Origin: Burkholderiales bacterium | GTDB taxonomy: Bacteria; Pseudomonadota; Gammaproteobacteria; Burkholderiales; CAIKXV01 | Direction of reading: 5' to 3' | Length of the DNA: 33,039 bases | Assembly: GCA_014379045.1 (NCBI GenBank) | Contig: JACMMK010000128.1 | Coordinates: 1-33,039 of the forward strand | Part shown: positions 16,698 through 26,480 of the stretch, piece after piece | Layout: each line of letters starts with the position of its first letter | Numbering within the stretch: position 1 is the first letter of the stretch | Translations under genes and position numbers: made by a program | Notes under the pieces: generated by a model | What the model was told of the DNA's origin: nothing | Seen by the model: only the letters and a program-made list of their open reading frames with translations | The model's database searches: none

Positions 16698-18608
16698 ATG
16701 CTGATCGGGTTGAATCGTGTCGCCCTCGGATTCGGCGCGGGGTTATTGCTCGACTCGGCCGAGTTCACGCTGCGCGCCGGCGAACGCGTTGGCCTGATCG
16801 GTCGCAACGGCAGCGGCAAGTCGACGCTGCTGAAACTGATCGCAGGGCGGATCGACGCCGACAGCGGGGAAGTCGTGCGCAGCCCCGGCCTGCGCTGCAC
16901 CCTGCTCGATCAGGAGCCGGTGTTCGCGCCGGGCCTCACCGTCGAGCAGGTGATCGCAGGCGGCTTCGGCGAGATCGCCGACGTGTTCGCCGAACATCAC
17001 GCACTCGCGCACAACGATGCCGAAGCGGCCAGCGCGGCAGACTCCGCACGGTTGCACGATCTGCACGACCGACTCGACGCCGAGCGGGGCTGGGACCTCC
17101 CCGCGCGGATCGGCTCGTTGCTGCTCACGCACGGCTTCGACGGCGCGGCCGCGTTCGACGCGCTTTCGGGTGGCGGCCGGAAGCGCGTTGCCCTGGTGCG
17201 CGCGCTCGCCGGCGATCCCGACGTGTTATTGCTCGACGAGCCGACCAACCATCTCGATCTGGACGCGATCGAATGGCTCGAGAACACGCTGCTCGCGTTT
17301 CGCGGGGCGGTGATCGTGGTCAGCCACGACCGGCGTTTCCTCGATCGCGTGATCTCGCGCATCATCGAACTCGACCGCGGACAGCTGGCGAGCTATCCCG
17401 GATCGTTCCGCGACTACAAGACGCGCAAGGCGCAGCAACTCGCCGACGAATCGGTGTCGCAGGCGCGCTTCGACAAGCGCCTGGCCGAAGAGGAAGTCTG
17501 GATCCGCAAGGGTATCGAAGCGCGGCGCACGCGCAACGAGGGGCGCGTGCGCCGCCTCGAGCAGTTGCGTCGGGATCGCGCTGCGCGCCGCGATCGGATC
17601 GGCCAGGTCGGATTCCGTCTGAATTCGGGAGATGCGTCGGGCGAACTGGTGGCCGAGCTCGACCACGTTTCGATCGCGCTCGGCGGACGCACGTTGATTC
17701 GCGATTTCTCGACGCGCATCGTGCGCGGCGATCGGATCGGCCTGATCGGCCCGAATGGCGCGGGCAAGACCACGCTGCTGCGCATCCTGCTCGGCGAACT
17801 CGCTGTCGACACGGGTAGCGCACGGCTTGGCACACGGCTCGAGATTGCTTACTTCGACCAGTTTCGCGCACAACTCGACCCGCTGGCGCGCTTGACCGAC
17901 GTGGTCAGCCCCGGCTCGGACTTCGTCGAGATCGGGGGCGCGCGTCAGCACGTGATCGGGTATCTCGCCGAGTTCCTGTTCCCGCCCCAGCGCGCGCGCT
18001 CACCGGTGTCGGCGCTGTCCGGGGGCGAGCGCAACCGGCTGCTGCTCGCCCGACTGTTCGCGCGCCCTGCGAACCTGCTGGTGCTCGACGAGCCGACGAA
18101 CGATCTCGATATCGAGACCCTCGACCTGCTCGAAGCCCTGCTCGCGGAGTACCGCGGCACGGTGCTCGTGGTCAGTCACGATCGCGAGTTCCTCGACAAC
18201 GTGACGACCCAGGTGATTGCGTTCGCCGGGGCCGGCGAGCTGATCGAGATCGCCGGCGGGTACAGCGATTGGCAACGCTATCGTGCAGGTAAGGCGGGCG
18301 AGGACGCCGGCACCATCGGCGTCGAGCCGACCGGTTCATCGGTCGCGCCAGACGCGCCATCCAGACCGGCGCGCGCGCGGCTGAGCTTCAAGGAGTCGCG
18401 CGAACTCGACGCGATGCCATCGACGATCGAGGCGATCGAAGCGCAACTCGCGGGACTGAACCAGCGCCTTGCCGATCCTTCGGTCTACGCCGGCGATCCG
18501 AACGAGATCCGCACGCTCAGAGGACAGGTCGCGACATTCGAATCCCAGCTCGTCGGTGCCACCGAGCGCTGGGATCTGCTCGAGCGCAAGGCACGCGGCG
18601 CCGCGTGA
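16698..18608 (+). CDS. uup: ABC-F family ATPase Uup
   Basis: Two ABC domains (GRNGSGKST, LSGG, LLLDEPTNHLD; GPNGAGKTT, LSGGERNRL, DEPTNDLD). Uup-specific linker EEVWIRKGIEARRTRNEGRVRRL and C-terminal LSFKE coiled coil. Confidence 0.93.
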   Translation: MLIGLNRVALGFGAGLLLDSAEFTLRAGERVGLIGRNGSGKSTLLKLIAGRIDADSGEVVRSPGLRCTLLDQEPVFAPGLTVEQVIAGGFGEIADVFAEHHALAHNDAEAASAADSARLHDLHDRLDAERGWDLPARIGSLLLTHGFDGAAAFDALSGGGRKRVALVRALAGDPDVLLLDEPTNHLDLDAIEWLENTLLAFRGAVIVVSHDRRFLDRVISRIIELDRGQLASYPGSFRDYKTRKAQQLADESVSQARFDKRLAEEEVWIRKGIEARRTRNEGRVRRLEQLRRDRAARRDRIGQVGFRLNSGDASGELVAELDHVSIALGGRTLIRDFSTRIVRGDRIGLIGPNGAGKTTLLRILLGELAVDTGSARLGTRLEIAYFDQFRAQLDPLARLTDVVSPGSDFVEIGGARQHVIGYLAEFLFPPQRARSPVSALSGGERNRLLLARLFARPANLLVLDEPTNDLDIETLDLLEALLAEYRGTVLVVSHDREFLDNVTTQVIAFAGAGELIEIAGGYSDWQRYRAGKAGEDAGTIGVEPTGSSVAPDAPSRPARARLSFKESRELDAMPSTIEAIEAQLAGLNQRLADPSVYAGDPNEIRTLRGQVATFESQLVGATERWDLLERKARGAA

Positions 18609-18630
18609 GTCGATTCCGGGGGAATGACGC

Positions 18631-19104
18631 ATGGCCACCGATGCGATCGTTTCGATTCCGGTGACCGTGCTGTTTTCGATGCTGGCCGACCGTGTCGCGT
18701 GGGGCGCACTCGCCATCGCTGCGACACTCGGTGCGATGGTGTTCTTCTCGGCGTTCATCACGCCGTTGGTGTTCATCAGGCTCAACCCGCAGATCGCCGC
18801 ACGTTTCATTCGTGCGCTGTTCCCGTGGTACTACGCGTTCGGGGTAATCGGGAGCGGCAGCGCGGCGCTGCTTTGCGCAGCGCATGCACCGATCGCCTCC
18901 GCCTTGACGTTCGTCGTCTGCCTCGCGTTCATCGTGGCGAGGCAGGCGCTGCTCCCGGCCATTAACGCGGCGCGCGACGCGGCGATGAGCGATTCGACGA
19001 TCGCACGCCGCTTCGAACGCCTGCACCGCGCCAGCGTCGCGCTCAATGTCCTGCAGATGCTTCTGCTCGCGCTCGCTTTCGCATTTGCGTTCCATCGCGC
19101 CTGA
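18631..19104 (+). CDS. DUF4149/TMEM205-like membrane protein
   Basis: Four TM segments with FFS...P..F..L....A..FIR..FP.YY and RRFERLHRASV.LN motifs. Confidence 0.75.
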   Translation: MATDAIVSIPVTVLFSMLADRVAWGALAIAATLGAMVFFSAFITPLVFIRLNPQIAARFIRALFPWYYAFGVIGSGSAALLCAAHAPIASALTFVVCLAFIVARQALLPAINAARDAAMSDSTIARRFERLHRASVALNVLQMLLLALAFAFAFHRA

Positions 19105-19137
19105 GGCCACGCCGCGTTTGGAGGACGCACGGGGACT

Positions 19138-19626
19138 TCAATACGTCTTGTACGGCAGAAACTTGCCGCTCAACACGACCTTCACCCGATCGCCCTTGGG
19201 ATCGGGCTCGCGCGTGATATCCATCGAGAAGTCGATCGCGCTCATGATGCCGTCGCCGAATTCCTCGTGGATCAGCTCCTTGATCGTCGTACCGTAGACG
19301 TTGACGATCTCGTACCAACGATAGATCAGGGGGTCGGTGGGTATGGCGCTCGGCAGCGATCCCTTGTACGGCACGACTTGCAGGAGCGTGATCGCCTCCT
19401 TCGACAACCCGAGCATGCGTCCGAGCGTATCGGCCTGCTTCTTCGTGAGCGTCATCTGTCCGAGGCAGGCGGCGGTGACCCATTCCTTGCTCTCGCCGAC
19501 GCGGCGCGCGATGTCGGCCCACTTGAGCGCCTTCTGGATCTTGATCGAGACGATCTGCGCGGTGACATCGTCGCGCGTCATCGGTCGCGGGTTGGTAAGC
19601 ATCGCGTCGTTCAGGTCTCGCTTCAT
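19138..19626 (-). CDS. cynS: Cyanate hydratase (cyanase)
   Basis: PTDPLIYRWYE...YG..IK.LIHEEFGDGIMSAIDF...GKFLPY signature. GAAGGAG RBS upstream. Confidence 0.97.
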   Translation of the reverse strand: MKRDLNDAMLTNPRPMTRDDVTAQIVSIKIQKALKWADIARRVGESKEWVTAACLGQMTLTKKQADTLGRMLGLSKEAITLLQVVPYKGSLPSAIPTDPLIYRWYEIVNVYGTTIKELIHEEFGDGIMSAIDFSMDITREPDPKGDRVKVVLSGKFLPYKTY

Positions 19627-19701
19627 CGGTCATCTCCTTCGTCAGGGGTGGCTTCGTCTACGTCACGGATGCGTCGCTTCGCCGCGTAGCGCGCCGAGGC
19701 G

Positions 19702-20658
19702 TCACTTCGCCGCGTACAGCGCCGGGTTGTCCGGCGCGTGGGAAGGCCCGTGCGCCGAGAGCGCGTCGAGCCCTGCGGGGCCACCTTGCGGCATCGCGGG
19801 CGCGGGATCGTGCAGACCGGGGCGCAACACCGGCGGGCTCGCCGGATCGAAGCCGGCCAGCGTCTCGTCGCGGAACGTCTTGGAACGGTTCACCAGGAAG
19901 TCGACCAGATGATTGCGGATCCGGTAGAACTGCGGATCCTTGTGCAGCGTCGGCCGGCTGCGCGTACGCGGCATCGTGTTGACGACCACCTCGGCGATCC
20001 GCGCATCGGGCGCGTTCGTCATCAGCAGGATCCGGTCGGCCAGCAAGATCGCTTCGTCGACGTCGTGCGTGATCATGAACACGGTCTGGCGGGTCTGCGC
20101 GCAGATCTTCAGCAGTTCGTCCTGGATCACCCCGCGCGTAAGCGCATCGAGCGCGCCGAACGGTTCGTCGAGCAGCAGCATCTTCGGCTCGATCGCAAAG
20201 GCGCGCGCGATGCCGACGCGCTGCTTCATGCCACCGGAGAGTTCAGCCGGCCGCTTGTGCTCGGACCCGCACAGACCCACCATCGACAGATACTGGTCGC
20301 ACACCGCCTTCACCCGCCGCGCGTCGTACCCGGGCCAGCGCGAGCGCACCGCGAAGGCCACGTTCTTCTCCGCCGACAACCACGGCATCAGCGCGTGGCC
20401 CTGGAACACCACGCCCCGATCGAGGCTCGGGCCGCGCACTTCACGTCCGTCCATGAACACGTAACCACTGCTCGCGTGATCGAGGCCCGCCAGTACGTTC
20501 AGGATCGTCGACTTGCCACAGCCCGAGTGGCCGATGATGCAGACGAACTCGCCTTCGCCGACGGTGAAGTTGACTTGATCGAACACGGTGAGCGGTGGCG
20601 CCCCGCGCTGCGCGGCAAACACCTTGCGCAGGTTCTCGACGGTCAGGAAGGCACTCAC
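19702..20658 (-). CDS. cynD: Cyanate/nitrate-type ABC transporter ATP-binding subunit (CynD/NrtD-like)
   Basis: IIGHSGCGKST, LSGGMKQRVGIARA, LLDEPFGALDALTR, ITHDVDEA. Lies directly upstream of cynS. Confidence 0.85.
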   Translation of the reverse strand: MSAFLTVENLRKVFAAQRGAPPLTVFDQVNFTVGEGEFVCIIGHSGCGKSTILNVLAGLDHASSGYVFMDGREVRGPSLDRGVVFQGHALMPWLSAEKNVAFAVRSRWPGYDARRVKAVCDQYLSMVGLCGSEHKRPAELSGGMKQRVGIARAFAIEPKMLLLDEPFGALDALTRGVIQDELLKICAQTRQTVFMITHDVDEAILLADRILLMTNAPDARIAEVVVNTMPRTRSRPTLHKDPQFYRIRNHLVDFLVNRSKTFRDETLAGFDPASPPVLRPGLHDPAPAMPQGGPAGLDALSAHGPSHAPDNPALYAAK

Positions 20659-20665
20659 GCGGCGC

Positions 20666-21523
20666 TCAATCCTGGTAGTCGACCAGGCGAGTCAACTGTC
20701 CGAACACCATGTCGAGGAGCATCCCGACGACGCCGATCATCAGGATCGCGAAGATCACGTTGGTCAACGACAGGTTGTTCCACTCGTTCCACACGAAGTA
20801 ACCGATACCGGTGCCGCCGACCAGCATCTCTGCGGCAACGATGACCAGCCAGGCGATACCCATCGATATCCGCATGCCGGTCAGGATCGTCGGCGCGGCC
20901 GCAGGCAGCACCACCCGCAACGCAGTGCGCCCCGGCCCGACTTCGAGGGTTTTCGCCACGTTCAGCCAGTCGCGCCGCACCGAGGCGACGCCATGCGCGG
21001 TGTTGAGCAACATCGGCCAGACCGAACAGATGAAGATCACGAAGATTGACGAGATCGTCGAATCCTTGATCGTGAACAGCGCGAGGGGCATCCAGGCCAG
21101 CGGCGAGATCGGCTTCAGGATCTGGATGAACGGATTCAGCGCGCGGTACAGCAACGGCGACATGCCGATCGCGAATCCGAGCGGGATCGCCACCAGCGCG
21201 GCGAGCGAGAAGCCGAGCATCACGCGCGCGATCGAGTACCCGACCTGGATCCCCACGCCCTTGTCGTTCGGGCCATTGTCGTAGAACGGATCGGACAGAT
21301 GCTTGAGGATCGCGGTACCCATCTGCTCGAGCGTGGGTAACCCCGACGTCGTCTGTCCCTTGCCGCCCATCAGGCGTGCGTATTCCGGATCGGCGAACTG
21401 CGGGGGCGCGACCGGTGCGGTGGCGTAGCGATACAGGAGCAACAGCAGCGCGAAGATCGCGATCGACAATAGCGCTGCGCGCAGCTGTTGCGACCGGACC
21501 GTGCTTTCCAGGAAACGAACCAC
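20666..21523 (-). CDS. cynB: Cyanate/nitrate-type ABC transporter permease (CynB/NrtB-like)
   Basis: DPFYDNGPNDKGVG, KPISPLAWMPL, AWLVIVAAEML.GG.GIG.FVWNEWNNL. Confidence 0.85.
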   Translation of the reverse strand: MVRFLESTVRSQQLRAALLSIAIFALLLLLYRYATAPVAPPQFADPEYARLMGGKGQTTSGLPTLEQMGTAILKHLSDPFYDNGPNDKGVGIQVGYSIARVMLGFSLAALVAIPLGFAIGMSPLLYRALNPFIQILKPISPLAWMPLALFTIKDSTISSIFVIFICSVWPMLLNTAHGVASVRRDWLNVAKTLEVGPGRTALRVVLPAAAPTILTGMRISMGIAWLVIVAAEMLVGGTGIGYFVWNEWNNLSLTNVIFAILMIGVVGMLLDMVFGQLTRLVDYQD

Positions 21524-21528
21524 GCGAC

Positions 21529-22956
21529 TCAGGTGCGCCGAATCGCGAAGCTGTTGATGTACTGGTCAACGCCCTTGGTGGGGTCGAACTCCTTACCCAT
21601 GACCTTGATCCGCGGATAGGCGTCTTTCGGCGCGGTCATCTTCAGTTCGCCCATCGCCTTGCGGGCATCGGTGATCATGAACACTTCTTCGGCGATCTGC
21701 CGATAGTTGACGTCGCCCTTCACGTAACCCCAGCGCTTCATCTGGGAGAGGATCCACACCGCCATCGTGCCCCACGGGAACGGGTCGAAGTCCACGCGGT
21801 TCGGCTCCTTGCGCACGTTGCCCAGGCCGTCGGCGAAGGTGCCGGTCAACACCTGCTCGATCACTTCGTAGGGCTGGTTCAGATACTGCGCCGGGGCGAT
21901 CGCGTTGGCGATCAACGGACGATGTTTCGGATCGCGGGCCATCGCATGCGCGTTCAGGATCGCGCGATAGAGCGCGGCGAAGGTGTTCGGATGCTGGCGA
22001 ATCCAATCGTCGGACACGCCGAACGCGCAGCAGGGATGTCCGTCCCACAGTTCGCGGGTAAGCAGATGGATGAAGCCGATGCCGTCGTAGACCGCACGCT
22101 GGTTGAACGGTTCGGGTCCGAGAAAGCCGTCGATATTGCCTGCGCGCAGGTTCGCCACCATCTCCGGTGGCGGCGTCACGCGGATCTGGATGTCCTTGTC
22201 CGGGTCGAGTCCCGCTTCGGCGACGTAGTAGCGCAGCAGGAAGTTGTGGATCGAGTATTCGAACGGCACCGCGAAGCGCATCCCCTTCCAGGTCTTCGGA
22301 TCGCGTCGGTCCTTGAACTTCTGGTGCAGCGTGATCGCCTGCCCGTTGATGTTCTGGATCGTCGCCACGTTGATACCGGTTGCGACCGAGCCGAGCCCGA
22401 GCGAGATCGACAAGGGCATCGGCGAGAGCATGTGCGAGGCGTCGAACTCCTTGTTGATCATCTTGTCGCGCACCAGGGCCCAGCCGGCGGTGCGCTGCAA
22501 TTCGACGTTTAGCCCTTCGCGCTCGTAGAAGCGCAGCGGATGCGCCATGATCAACGGCGTCGCGCAGGTAATCGAGACGAAGCCGATCTGCAGCGATTTC
22601 TTCTCGAGCGCGAGCTTGGTGTCCTGGGCGATCGCCTGCATCGCGCCGATCGGCAGGACCGAGGCGATCGCGCTCATCGCCGTGCGTGCGCCTACCGCCT
22701 GCAGGAACCGACGCCGCACTTCATCGCGAGGGAAGAGCGCCCGCACGACCGTCTGTTCGATCACCCGATTGCCCGCCGACTCGGTCGCCGCGTTGCCGTC
22801 GAACCAGGTCTGCGGCGCGTCCGATGCATCTGCCGTCGCGCTGCGCGCGCCGAACCCGACCGCCTGTGCGTCATGCTCCGATTGCGTTGCGTGATGGCCG
22901 CACTCGCAGGCAGCAAGGGAGAGCGACGGGTCGAACGGGTTGTCGAAGGCAGGCAC
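21529..22956 (-). CDS. cynA: Cyanate/nitrate ABC transporter substrate-binding protein (CmpA/NrtA/CynA family)
   Basis: CECGHH N-terminal extension, Tat-like RRRFL, IGFV.ITCATPL, FAVPF.YS.HNFLLRYY.A..G.DPD.D, W.GHPCC. Confidence 0.88.
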   Translation of the reverse strand: MPAFDNPFDPSLSLAACECGHHATQSEHDAQAVGFGARSATADASDAPQTWFDGNAATESAGNRVIEQTVVRALFPRDEVRRRFLQAVGARTAMSAIASVLPIGAMQAIAQDTKLALEKKSLQIGFVSITCATPLIMAHPLRFYEREGLNVELQRTAGWALVRDKMINKEFDASHMLSPMPLSISLGLGSVATGINVATIQNINGQAITLHQKFKDRRDPKTWKGMRFAVPFEYSIHNFLLRYYVAEAGLDPDKDIQIRVTPPPEMVANLRAGNIDGFLGPEPFNQRAVYDGIGFIHLLTRELWDGHPCCAFGVSDDWIRQHPNTFAALYRAILNAHAMARDPKHRPLIANAIAPAQYLNQPYEVIEQVLTGTFADGLGNVRKEPNRVDFDPFPWGTMAVWILSQMKRWGYVKGDVNYRQIAEEVFMITDARKAMGELKMTAPKDAYPRIKVMGKEFDPTKGVDQYINSFAIRRT

Positions 22957-22994
22957 TCGGAGCTCCGATCGGAGGGTGGGTCAGCCCCCGGAGG

Positions 22995-23012
22995 AAGCAG
23001 CAGTCATGCCAG
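22995..23012 (-). promoter_or_regulatory. Putative sigma54 (-24/-12) promoter of the cyanate operon
   Basis: Minus strand reads CTGGCATGACTGCTGCTT, i.e. GG-N10-GC, about 40 nt upstream of the GTG start. Confidence 0.7.
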
Positions 23013-23071
23013 CCGGGCAATGGTGGTGCGAAATGCCGTGCGCGCACGCTTCGCGTCGAGCCACCCCCGTT

Positions 23072-23112
23072 CGATGGTGCAACCCCGCGCACCCGCGCAC
23101 CATCGTGCAGCG
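23072..23112. promoter_or_regulatory. Putative NtrC-type enhancer sites
   Basis: CGCACCATCGTGCAGCG (23096-23112) and half-site ATGGTGCA (23074-23081) resemble TGCACCA-N3-TGGTGCA. They lie 60-100 bp upstream of the sigma54 motif. Confidence 0.55.
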
Positions 23113-23492
23113 TGACGGTCGAGGGGGTGACGCCGTCATCTCGATCGACTAAATAGGGCTGCCCTATCGGTGAAGAACGTCTGCCTGCGTGCCTCTCGTA
23201 AGGGCCTGACCCTGAGCGCGCGCGCTCCGTCGTCGATGTCGCGGGAGGCGCCGCGATGCATGGACATCCAACAGGCGGAGTCGGTCGTATCGGCGATGCG
23301 CTGCGACTGCCGTACTTGCGGGAGTGGCTTCCGCGGGGTCTGTCCTCTTTCGCATCGTTCGCTCGGAGGCTTGCATGGGCTGCGCAACGTTTCGAACAAT
23401 CCATGCTTGCGCCTGATATCAGGCCCTGAGCGCGCGCACCAGGCGGTTCCCGAATACTCGAAGTGATCCCGAACTACACATAGGAGACTGAG

Positions 23493-24389
23493 ATGATGGT
23501 TAAGCATGGCACGACCCGGTTCCTGGCCGGAGCGATTGCGCTGGCGCTGAGCGCGCAGGCGTCGGCGTTGACCCTCTACGGGATCACCGGTCCGAACAAT
23601 CTGATCAGCTTCGACAGCGCCACGCCAGGCATGACGAGTGCCCCGCTCGCGATCACCGGCCTTGCCGCGGGCGATTCCATCGTCGGCATCGATGTGCGTC
23701 CCGCCAATGGCGCGCTGTTCGGTCTGGGCAGCGGCAGCCGCATCTACTCGCTCAATCCGACCACCGGGGTCGCGACCCCGGTCGGCGCTGCCGGGGCCTT
23801 CGCGCTGTCCGGAACCTCGTTCGGGTTCGACTTCAACCCGGTACCCGATCGCATTCGCGTGACCAGCAACAACGACCAGAGCCTGCGCCTGAACCCGGAC
23901 ACCGGCGCGCTGGCCGCTACCGACAGCATGCTGGCATTCGCCGGGACCGATGTGAACGCGGGTACCAACCCGAACATCGTCGGCTCGGCCTACACCAACA
24001 GCATCGGTCCGTCGCCGCGCACCCCGCCGCCGGGTACGCTGCTGTACGGCATCGACTCGTCGCTCGACATTCTGGTCACGCAGGATCCGCCGAACGACGG
24101 CATATTGAATACGGTCGGCGCACTGGGCGTGAATACCAGTGACCAGGTGGGTTTCGACATTTTCGCCCCCGGCAATCTGGCATTCGCCTCCCTAACCGAC
24201 GGGACGTCGGGCTTCTCGAGCCTGTACAGCATCAATCTGACGACCGGCGCGGCGACGCTCATCGGCGGCATCGGCAGCGGCCTCGCGGTGCGCGACATCG
24301 CGGTGGCGCAGATTCCTCTACCTGGCTCGATGGCACTGTTGATTGCCGGATTGGCGGGCATGCTTGGCGTCTACCGCCGCAAAGCGTAG
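23493..24389 (+). CDS. DUF4394-domain secreted protein with VPLPA/PEP-CTERM-type sorting tail
   Basis: TAGGAG RBS and signal peptide (AQASA). GID.RPA.G.L.GL and GFDFNP.PDR.R motifs. C-terminal IPLPGS + hydrophobic helix + RRK. Confidence 0.88.
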   Translation: MMVKHGTTRFLAGAIALALSAQASALTLYGITGPNNLISFDSATPGMTSAPLAITGLAAGDSIVGIDVRPANGALFGLGSGSRIYSLNPTTGVATPVGAAGAFALSGTSFGFDFNPVPDRIRVTSNNDQSLRLNPDTGALAATDSMLAFAGTDVNAGTNPNIVGSAYTNSIGPSPRTPPPGTLLYGIDSSLDILVTQDPPNDGILNTVGALGVNTSDQVGFDIFAPGNLAFASLTDGTSGFSSLYSINLTTGAATLIGGIGSGLAVRDIAVAQIPLPGSMALLIAGLAGMLGVYRRKA

Positions 24390-24409
24390 TCGTCGTTTCA
24401 GCAAGTAGC

Positions 24410-24441
24410 GAACGGGCAGCCCAGGCTGCCCGTTCTCGTTG
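24410..24441 (+). terminator. Hairpin, probable terminator after the PEP-CTERM-type gene
   Basis: GAACGGGCAGC-CCAG-GCTGCCCGTTC, an 11-bp perfect stem 20 nt after the stop codon. The U-tract is weak. Confidence 0.62.
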
Positions 24442-24507
24442 AAGGTCTCGTTCTGCGAGTTTGTGGCGTCCGCGGCGCGCGGGCCCGGCAATGATATAAA
24501 GCGTGCC

Positions 24508-25494
24508 ATGCCTGCCCTGCGCATCCTCGGCGAAGACGACGTCCGCGCGGTCATCGATACCGACCAGGCGCTCGACCTCGCCCGGCGCACGTTGCGCGAC
24601 CAGGCCGAAGGGCGCAGCTTTCTTTCAACCCCCTCGGCGATGACACTCGATGCCACGGCATTCGGGTCGGGGCGGTTCAAGTTCAAGGCGGCCAACGTCG
24701 GACATCTCGGCTTTGCCGGGATCCGTCTGATCTCACGGCGTTCCGCCACCGACACCCAGGCCTGCAACTACACCGCGCTCTATCGTCATGGCGGCCTCGA
24801 ACTGTCGGGCCTGGTTCCCGAGCGCTGGACCAGTCGAATCCGGACCGCGGCGTTCGGCGCCGCGACGATCGAGCGTCTGTGCGAGCGGCGTCCGCTGGTG
24901 GTGGCACTGTTCGGTACCGGCCACATTTCCCACGAGATCGTGCCGATGCTCGCGCGTACGCTGGATATCGCGGAGATGCGCGTGAGTTCGCTGCGCGCCG
25001 AAAGCATGGCCGCCTTCGTCGCGGCGCACGCCCCGCAGAACCCGTTCCGGTTGTACGCCGCACCCGACCGGGCGAGCGCCGTCGCGGATGCCGATCTGGT
25101 GATCACGCTCACCGACGCGGCAGAGCCGCTCGTCACACCCGGTCTGCTCAAGCCGGGCGCGGTCGTCTGCTCGATGGGCGGGCGTAACGAGGTCGACTAT
25201 GGCGTGATGCTAGAGAGCAGACGACTGATCGTCGACGATCCTGATTTCGCCGCCGAAGTCGGCGACGGGGGCGCCTGGATCAGACAAGGCCACCTGTCGC
25301 GCGCAGACTTTCTCGCCCGCATCGATGCGATCGCGTACGAGGTCGTCGCGGGCTTGAAGCCCGTCCGGCTGTCTGCCGACGATCGCGTGATCGCCATCGT
25401 CCAGGGCATGGCGATCGGCGATATCGCGTTTTCCGCATTCGCCTTGCAGCAGGCCGAAAGGCTCGGCCGGGGCGCGCTGATCGACCTTCCTTAA
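24508..25494 (+). CDS. Ornithine cyclodeaminase/mu-crystallin family protein
   Basis: RIRTAA, Rossmann LFGTG, AVADADLVIT.T, LKPGA.V..MG and G.AI.D.A motifs. ATG at 24508 preferred over TTG at 24439. Confidence 0.85.
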   Translation: MPALRILGEDDVRAVIDTDQALDLARRTLRDQAEGRSFLSTPSAMTLDATAFGSGRFKFKAANVGHLGFAGIRLISRRSATDTQACNYTALYRHGGLELSGLVPERWTSRIRTAAFGAATIERLCERRPLVVALFGTGHISHEIVPMLARTLDIAEMRVSSLRAESMAAFVAAHAPQNPFRLYAAPDRASAVADADLVITLTDAAEPLVTPGLLKPGAVVCSMGGRNEVDYGVMLESRRLIVDDPDFAAEVGDGGAWIRQGHLSRADFLARIDAIAYEVVAGLKPVRLSADDRVIAIVQGMAIGDIAFSAFALQQAERLGRGALIDLP

Positions 25495-25513
25495 CCACCG
25501 CCGGGTGCTCTCG

Positions 25514-26479
25514 ATGAACCGCCTTCTCGTCCTGCTTCTCGCCGCCCCGATCGCCACGGTCGCGACCTGCGCGCTCGCGCAAGGCTATCCCGCGAAACCT
25601 GTGCGTCTGATCCTCGCGTATCCGCCCGGGGGAGCCACCGACACGCTCGGCAGGATCATCGGCAAGGCGCTGTCGGAGACCTGGGGCCAAAGCGTCATTG
25701 CGGACAATCGCCCGGGCGCGAGTGGCAGCATCGGCACGACCCTGTGCGTGAAGTCTCCGCCCGACGGCTACACGATGTGCACGGTCTCGGTCGCTCAGAG
25801 CACCGCATCGCGTATGTCCGCCAACGCGGGCTTCGATTCGCTCAAGGACTTCTCGCATGTGTCGCTGATCGCCACGATGCCGATGATGCTGCTCGTGCAT
25901 CCGTCGCTGCCGGTGAAGAATGTCGCGCAGCTCGTCACGCTCGCGAGGAAGAACCCCGGCGCGCTCAGCTACGCCTCCAGTGGCGGCGGCGCCGGCCCTC
26001 ACCTGGCCGCGGAACTGTTCAAGCAGCTGGCGGGCATCGATATCCTGTCGGTCACGTACAAGGGCGCGGGCGCCCAGCTGACCGACCAGCTCGCCGGACG
26101 CGTCGAGGTCGCCTTCGCACCCGCCGTCGGCTTCGTGTCGTTCGTGAAGGAAGGCAAGCTGCGCGCGCTGGCGGTGTCGACCCGGCAACGTTTCCCGCTG
26201 TTTCCCGACGTGCCCTCGATCAGCGAGTCGGGAATTCCGAAGTACGACGCGAGTTCGTGGCAGGGACTGTCGATGCCCGCCGGCGTGCCACGCGATATCG
26301 TCAACCGGGTCAGTGCTGACGCCAATCGTGCGCTGAAGACGCCAGCGATCCGTGATCGCATCCTTGAACTGGGTGGCATCGCCGGCGGCAACACGCCGGA
26401 AGAGTTCTCCGCCTTCTTTCAGACGGAATCGGACAAGTGGTATCAGGTCGCCCGCGCCGCGAAGGTGGTGACCGAATGA
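25514..26479 (+). CDS. Bug/TctC family substrate-binding protein
   Basis: Signal peptide, YPAKPVRLI..YPPGG.TD, NRPGA.G.IG, PDGYT, YKG, PDVPSI.ESG. Confidence 0.93.
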   Translation: MNRLLVLLLAAPIATVATCALAQGYPAKPVRLILAYPPGGATDTLGRIIGKALSETWGQSVIADNRPGASGSIGTTLCVKSPPDGYTMCTVSVAQSTASRMSANAGFDSLKDFSHVSLIATMPMMLLVHPSLPVKNVAQLVTLARKNPGALSYASSGGGAGPHLAAELFKQLAGIDILSVTYKGAGAQLTDQLAGRVEVAFAPAVGFVSFVKEGKLRALAVSTRQRFPLFPDVPSISESGIPKYDASSWQGLSMPAGVPRDIVNRVSADANRALKTPAIRDRILELGGIAGGNTPEEFSAFFQTESDKWYQVARAAKVVTE

Positions 26480-26480
26480 T

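Noticed and set aside
19702-22956. Nitrate transporter (nrtABC/nasFED) assignment
   Set aside because: Same family, but direct linkage to cynS and the absence of nitrate/nitrite reductase genes favour cyanate. Not fully excluded.
22871-23507. Several short ORFs in the cynA / PEP-CTERM intergenic region
   Set aside because: No recognisable motifs or RBS, and some overlap the predicted promoter elements.
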